From positions 512,001 to 576,000 of the forward strand of contig CAXXXD010000003.1 in assembly GCA_963663385.2 (NCBI GenBank): DNA of 64,000 bases, read 5' to 3'. This document shows positions 59,155 to 64,000 of the stretch, piece by piece. The DNA is from Oceanispirochaeta sp. (lineage in GTDB: Bacteria > Spirochaetota > Spirochaetia > DSM-2461). The translations under genes and the position numbers were made by a program. The notes beneath the pieces are model-generated. The model ran no database searches and was not told the DNA's origin. It saw only the letters and a list, made by a program, of their open reading frames with translations. Positions within the stretch are counted from its first letter, which is position 1, and each line of letters begins with the position of its first letter.

Positions 59155-59987
59155 TGTTTTATTCCAGCTATCACTCTATCCCTATCTTCGATGTCCTGCA
59201 AGATACAGATCTGAGCGAATCCGGCATCATTCATAAGCTTCTCCATCTCTCCCATTTGAGGGGGCGCTGCTTCAATCATCAGACAGCCTCCGGTATTCAG
59301 TCTTTTAAAAGCTTCGGGGATGATGATCCTTATCAGGTCCAGGCCGTCAACTCCGCCGTCCAGGGCTAATGAGGGTTCTTTCCAGCCTTCATTCATTCGC
59401 TGGTCCGTTTCATCTGTGGTCAGGTAGGGAGGGTTGGTTACAATAAGATCGAAAGGTCCCTTCAGTTCCTCAAAAAGGGAGGTTCTTGTAAAAGGTACAC
59501 GTAAACTGTCGGAGCATAGTTCTTCCCGGTTTTTCCGGAAAATCTCTTCGGATACCGGAGAAATGTCAGAGGCCGAAACGCTTATCTCCGGATTTTCCAG
59601 GGCAAGGGTAAGGGCAATGCAGCCGCTTCCGGTACATAGATCATGCACACTTCTGTAGTTTGAACGGCAGATCCTTTCCATAGCCTCTTCTATCAGCACT
59701 TCCGTATCCGGCCGGGGACAGAGGATGCCCCGCTTGACGTAAAAGTCCCGTCCGAAGAATTCTTTCTTTCCGGTCAGGTAGGCAACCGGGTGCCCCTCCT
59801 GCCTCAGACGTATCAGTTCAAGGAATCTGATATAGTTATCCTGCGATAATTCATCGGGAAACGAGGCCAGTATCTTTTCACGTTTTTCTCCTGTCGTATG
59901 GGAAAGGAGGAGTGTGGCATCCAGCCAGGGGGAATCGGAGTCCTCCAGCAGGGAGGAGGCTTCCATAAGGGCTTCTCTATAGGTCAA
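59151..59987 (-). CDS. prmC: Release factor glutamine methyltransferase PrmC (HemK)
   Basis: PRPDTE, DLCTGSGCI, NPPY, ALDGGVDGL. Confidence 0.97.
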   Translation of the reverse strand: MTYREALMEASSLLEDSDSPWLDATLLLSHTTGEKREKILASFPDELSQDNYIRFLELIRLRQEGHPVAYLTGKKEFFGRDFYVKRGILCPRPDTEVLIEEAMERICRSNYRSVHDLCTGSGCIALTLALENPEISVSASDISPVSEEIFRKNREELCSDSLRVPFTRTSLFEELKGPFDLIVTNPPYLTTDETDQRMNEGWKEPSLALDGGVDGLDLIRIIIPEAFKRLNTGGCLMIEAAPPQMGEMEKLMNDAGFAQICILQDIEDRDRVIAGIKQ

Positions 59988-59992
59988 AGGAT

Positions 59993-61057
59993 TTACTCTT
60001 TCTTAAGGGCTTCTTCCTGAGCGCTCAGTTTCAGGGCCTGGAAGACTTCATCCATGTGCCCCTGCATTATACTGTCCAGTTTGTACAGGGTCAGGTTGAT
60101 GCGGTGATCGGTCAGTCTGTTCTGGGGAAAATTGTAGGTTCTGATCCGCTCGGAACGGTCTCCCGAACCGATCTGACTTTTCCTTGCTTCCGCTCTTTCC
60201 GAGTGCTTTTTGGCTTCTTCCGCTTCCAGCAGTCTGGAACGGAGTACTCTGAATGCTTTGGCTTTGTTCTTAATCTGCGACTTTTCATCCTGACAGGTTA
60301 CAACCAGCCCTGTGGGGAGGTGGGTGATTCTTACGGCCGAGTCGGTCGTGTTTACACTCTGCCCGCCCGGACCGGATGACCGGTAGACATCAATTTTAAG
60401 GTCCTCATTCCGGATCTCAACATCCGCTTCCTCTGCTTCGGGAAGAACCGCAACTGTAATGGCAGAGGTATGAATCCTGCCTCCCGACTCTGTGGCAGGG
60501 ACTCGCTGGACCCGGTGTACACCGGATTCGTATCTGAGATCGGCATAAACGCTTTTACCGCTGATGGAACAGATAATCTCTTTAAATCCGCCCAGCTCGA
60601 TTTCATTGGAAGACAGGATCTCCACTTTCCAGCCTTTTGTTTCGGCATAACGGGAATACATCCTGTAAAGGTCTGCGGCAAAAAGGGCCGCTTCGTCTCC
60701 GCCGGTACCGGCTCGGACCTCCATGATAATGTTTTTACCGTCCAGAGGATCTTTGGGGACCATCAGAAGACGGACTTTCTGTTCCATTTTTTCAACGGCT
60801 GCCTGCAGTTCAGCCGCTTCTTCCCTGGCCATCTCCTTCATTTCCGGATCGCTTTCGTTTTCAATCAACCCTTTTGCATCCGCCAGGCTGGCAATAAGAC
60901 CGGCATATTCATCTCCGGCTTCCATTATTTCCGCCAGATGAGTGTATTCCTGCATAATGGTTTTATATTTCTTCTGATCCCTGACAACATCAGGATCGGC
61001 TATCATTTTAGACAGTTCATTAAACCGGCCTTTCAGGCCTTCCAGTTTTTTAAGCAT
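59993..61057 (-). CDS. prfA: Peptide chain release factor 1
   Basis: [20 protein letters not shown] (PxT), [12 protein letters not shown]. Confidence 0.98.
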   Translation of the reverse strand: MLKKLEGLKGRFNELSKMIADPDVVRDQKKYKTIMQEYTHLAEIMEAGDEYAGLIASLADAKGLIENESDPEMKEMAREEAAELQAAVEKMEQKVRLLMVPKDPLDGKNIIMEVRAGTGGDEAALFAADLYRMYSRYAETKGWKVEILSSNEIELGGFKEIICSISGKSVYADLRYESGVHRVQRVPATESGGRIHTSAITVAVLPEAEEADVEIRNEDLKIDVYRSSGPGGQSVNTTDSAVRITHLPTGLVVTCQDEKSQIKNKAKAFRVLRSRLLEAEEAKKHSERAEARKSQIGSGDRSERIRTYNFPQNRLTDHRINLTLYKLDSIMQGHMDEVFQALKLSAQEEALKKE

Positions 61058-61163
61058 TAAAATTCTCCAGTACCATCCCTGACCGGGATGGTGGGTAAAA
61101 ACCTTTTATACCAGAATTTACGGGAGTTCGCAAGATAGCCGGCGGGATGTCTCAGAACTGTTC

Positions 61164-62261
61164 TTACTGTGAATCATACAGGCATACACGGTTGCGGCCC
61201 ATGGCCTTAGCCCGGTAGAGGGCAATATCCGCGTTCTTTATCAGATCGTCCAGGAGATTCTCCCTGCTGTATTCGGCTACTCCCACACTTATGGTAAGGT
61301 GAATACCCTTTTCCCAATCCCTGTTCTGTTCAACCTTGAGGCGCATCCTTTCGGCTACCTGCACCCCCTCTGCAAGGGGCAGGTCGTCAAGGAATACAAT
61401 AAACTCTTCCCCCCCGTACCGGGCGAACATATCCGATCCCCTGACTTCGGCAGAGCACAGACCTGTCAGTTTTTTCAGAACCTTGTCGCCCGCATCATGC
61501 CCCCAGGTATCATTTATCATTTTGAAATGATCCAGGTCTATCATGAGAAGGCACATTGTTTCTTCCGGATGCCTTTCCAGACGGATGAATTTTCTGGATA
61601 CAATCTCATTGAAGTAGAGGCGGTTAGGGGCGCCTGTCAGCATATCGTGGCGGGCTTCATGAAAGGCCAGCTCCTGAGATGTTTTCAGGTCGTTCTCCAG
61701 CTTTTTTGCCTCGGAGATATCAAGCAGTGTTGCTACTATCCCGTGAATTTCCCGGCGGTTGTACATATTCTTCAACTGTATCCGGTAATACCGGGACTGA
61801 TAGGCCTCATCCGTCTGCAGGGTAAGATGAAACAGGGTCCCCTTATGATCGATACCGCATTTCTCTATGGTGGAGATAAGCTCCCATTTTGTTTCACCCG
61901 AAAACATATCTTCCAGACGCTCAACTTTAATACAGCCGGAAATACAGTCCAGTATATTCCCCTTCCGGTCAATCAGGAGAATCGTATCATTCGAATTGCT
62001 CATAAGCAGGGCGAATCGTTTTCTTTCGCGAGTAAAGGCAGCGGTGTAGGTGATTATCAGAAGGGTGAAAATTACGGCAAAAAGTATCTGATCAAACTGC
62101 AGGAGAACCGGGTATGAGGGGTCTGTCTCCTCCTGTTCTATTTTAAAGGAGGATTCTCTGCTGCCTGGTGGGGGCAGGTAGGCATTTGCTGCAGTACAGT
62201 AAAACTGCAGGAATAGCATGAGAAAGAAGGTTGCAATTTTTTTTTTCATTTCAGGGGGCAT
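61164..62261 (-). CDS. Membrane-anchored PAS-like/GGDEF diguanylate cyclase
   Basis: HDMLTGAPNR, DLDHFKMIND, RGSD I-site, GGEEF; signal-like N-terminus and one TM. Confidence 0.92.
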   Translation of the reverse strand: MPPEMKKKIATFFLMLFLQFYCTAANAYLPPPGSRESSFKIEQEETDPSYPVLLQFDQILFAVIFTLLIITYTAAFTRERKRFALLMSNSNDTILLIDRKGNILDCISGCIKVERLEDMFSGETKWELISTIEKCGIDHKGTLFHLTLQTDEAYQSRYYRIQLKNMYNRREIHGIVATLLDISEAKKLENDLKTSQELAFHEARHDMLTGAPNRLYFNEIVSRKFIRLERHPEETMCLLMIDLDHFKMINDTWGHDAGDKVLKKLTGLCSAEVRGSDMFARYGGEEFIVFLDDLPLAEGVQVAERMRLKVEQNRDWEKGIHLTISVGVAEYSRENLLDDLIKNADIALYRAKAMGRNRVCLYDSQ

Positions 62262-62288
62262 CCTGTTTTCCCCAATTCAAACCGCCTG

Positions 62289-63248
62289 TTAAGGAATGGT
62301 ATTCCTTAAAATCTCAAACCGGTCATAGGATTCTGTTTTAGCAAGGCAGATAATAGATTCCTTATTATCATTATAAATAATACTGGATTCCCCTTCCCAA
62401 AGCAAATCCAAAAAAACTCCTGTCAGGCAGGCTGTAATGCCATAGGGAATTTCTGTCTGTATCAACCGGGCGGGCAGGGCCCTTGAGAAGAGACTGACCT
62501 GATCTGACGTATAGGCTGTGCCGTTTGCCTTTATATCAATCCAGAGCTCCCCGGTCCGGTTGACCTCCTCCCACTCCCTGAGAAATGTATCCCGGCAGAT
62601 GGTAAGGCGTATATGATGGTCCTTTACCCTGAAGCCGTCTGCATCTTTAATATCTCCCGCGGACAGGCCGAGGATATCTTCTTCGAACTCGGTCAGAAAG
62701 TACTTATACTGGGAGTATAAGACCCGCCCTTCCGGACTGTATACAACCGCCTGATTAAAGACGCCTCTTTTTTCTGTATCATAATAAAAGCGGGTTCCCC
62801 CCAGGATATATACGCTGTATTCCCGGGATAAACTGCCCCATAGGCTATCTAGAAAATCCTCTGTATCGGACGATCCGGAGCTGAAAAGATCCTTAAGGGA
62901 TGTCAGGGCGGGGCGGTCCCGGATTATATCCTGCCAGACCTGCTCAAACGGCTTATCTTCCAGCAGATAGCTGTTCCAGGGAATGAGCGAGGCAAATACG
63001 CCCAGGTATTCCGGAAAGATCAGCAGATCCGCCGGTCCTTCCGCCATAGCCGCTTCTACAGCTTTCCGGACGGCCGATTCATAGGCCCTTTCGGAAAATA
63101 TCATATCCCTGTTCATTTCGAACTGTACGGTTACGGTTGTCAGTTCCTCGCCGGGTGTAAGAGAGTAAAGAGGGAGGAATCCTGACAGGAGTAAAAATAA
63201 AAAAGCTTTCCTCAGGGAGGAGGAAAGCTGTAATAGATAAATGGGCAT
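62289..63248 (-). CDS. Carbon-nitrogen hydrolase (nitrilase superfamily), probably exported
   Basis: E-K-C triad motifs LLIFPEY, QYKYFL, TICRD; hydrophobic N-terminus. Confidence 0.82.
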   Translation of the reverse strand: MPIYLLQLSSSLRKAFLFLLLSGFLPLYSLTPGEELTTVTVQFEMNRDMIFSERAYESAVRKAVEAAMAEGPADLLIFPEYLGVFASLIPWNSYLLEDKPFEQVWQDIIRDRPALTSLKDLFSSGSSDTEDFLDSLWGSLSREYSVYILGGTRFYYDTEKRGVFNQAVVYSPEGRVLYSQYKYFLTEFEEDILGLSAGDIKDADGFRVKDHHIRLTICRDTFLREWEEVNRTGELWIDIKANGTAYTSDQVSLFSRALPARLIQTEIPYGITACLTGVFLDLLWEGESSIIYNDNKESIICLAKTESYDRFEILRNTIP

Positions 63249-63250
63249 GT

Positions 63251-64000
63251 TTATTCGGGAATTGTGTAAATGGTCTCTTTTTCAATATTGAAGGAGTCGC
63301 CGAAGGTGGGGACAACTTTCGTAACCGTCCTGACCGTTTTCCTGTTATTGGGTTGGATTTCATATCGGATAACCGTTTCCGCCAGTGTTTCGGCGGTGGT
63401 GCTGACTGCCAGATTTGTTCCGAATATCCTGTCCAGAATCATCAGGAGCGCATTACTGCTGCTCTGATTGAATTCTGTCTCCTGCGAAACTATCCTCTCA
63501 TAGGCAAGTGAGGTCCGGTTGGTTTTGCCATTATCTTCTAGGGATTCTGTGTAATATCTTACACCGTAGATTTCCTTTGTCTCTCTGTACCAGTAATCAA
63601 TCCACTCTTCAATCTTCTGATGGTATCTGACTTCACTGCTCCAGTTCATACCAGTTGCAGTGGCAGCGGGGGCATCCTGTATTGTCATATCCCCGTCAAT
63701 AGGAAAATGGTCGTACTGTGTCCCGTCATTGTAGTCGGATGTAATCCATTCATACCGGACGCTGCCGTCCTGGTAGTGAAGCTCCATTGTTTCCCTGGCT
63801 TTGGAATTGTATACCCAGGCTCCGTTCTCTTTTGTCGTTATAGGATCAGCATAAGTCCAGAACCCGTCTCCACCCGTTGGGGTGTCCCCTTCATTCCTGT
63901 CTACATCCAGGATGTAATACTCTTCAAGGTAGTAGTCAAAAATCTCTTCCTTTTTGGGATAATCTGTTTTGGCTGAAATTTTGTAAACGTTAAATGTTCC
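63251..64000 (-). CDS. Hypothetical protein, C-terminal part; frame is open to the window end
   Basis: The frame of the 178-aa ORF continues without a stop for 71 more codons to 64000 (GTFNVYKISAKTDYPKKEE...); Tyr/Thr/Glu-rich. Confidence 0.75.
   Translation of the reverse strand, partial: GTFNVYKISAKTDYPKKEEIFDYYLEEYYILDVDRNEGDTPTGGDGFWTYADPITTKENGAWVYNSKARETMELHYQDGSVRYEWITSDYNDGTQYDHFPIDGDMTIQDAPAATATGMNWSSEVRYHQKIEEWIDYWYRETKEIYGVRYYTESLEDNGKTNRTSLAYERIVSQETEFNQSSSNALLMILDRIFGTNLAVSTTAETLAETVIRYEIQPNNRKTVRTVTKVVPTFGDSFNIEKETIYTIPE

Noticed and set aside
57106..61057. prfA-prmC-rel linkage as a novel system
   Set aside because: This order is already known from spirochaetes such as Borrelia; treated as conserved synteny.

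Overview
Bacterial chromosomal window, most consistent with a free-living anaerobic spirochaete (Spirochaetaceae-like). The taxonomy is inferred from the prfA-prmC-rel gene order, a MurE with DEDPR plus a FemX-family ligase, and spirochaete-style chemoreceptors and sugar-binding lipoprotein. From left to right: (1) a visibly AT-richer signalling block (PHP fragment, chemoreceptor, SBP-GGDEF, GAF/HD-GYP, divergent membrane-embedded LuxR with paired TACGTA boxes); (2) an SDR, a 7TM-DISM chemoreceptor and a degenerate MazEF-like pair; (3) a [FeFe]-hydrogenase maturation operon hydE-aspA-hydF that lacks hydG but has an unlisted 56-codon ORF at its head; (4) thioredoxin, a candidate ~100-nt sRNA with its own promoter, operator and terminator, an MggS-like glycosyltransferase, an nfeD-nfeD-floA-yqfB operon and a CheX-domain protein; (5) a beta-mannoside locus (ABC transporter, ROK repressor with operator, two GH2 enzymes, AraC); (6) housekeeping genes (pfk-ppk1-5'-nucleotidase, ddl, murE, topA, ftsH, gltS-like, hflKC, metG, femX-like, fhs, trmL, rel, prmC, prfA) and a final GGDEF/nitrilase/partial ORF. 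No rRNA, tRNA, CRISPR array, transposase or integrase was recognised. The best leads are the orphan sRNA unit at 15340-15474, the possible hydG remnant with its structured leader, and the membrane LuxR/c-di-GMP module. All family assignments come from motif recognition by eye; no database search was run.
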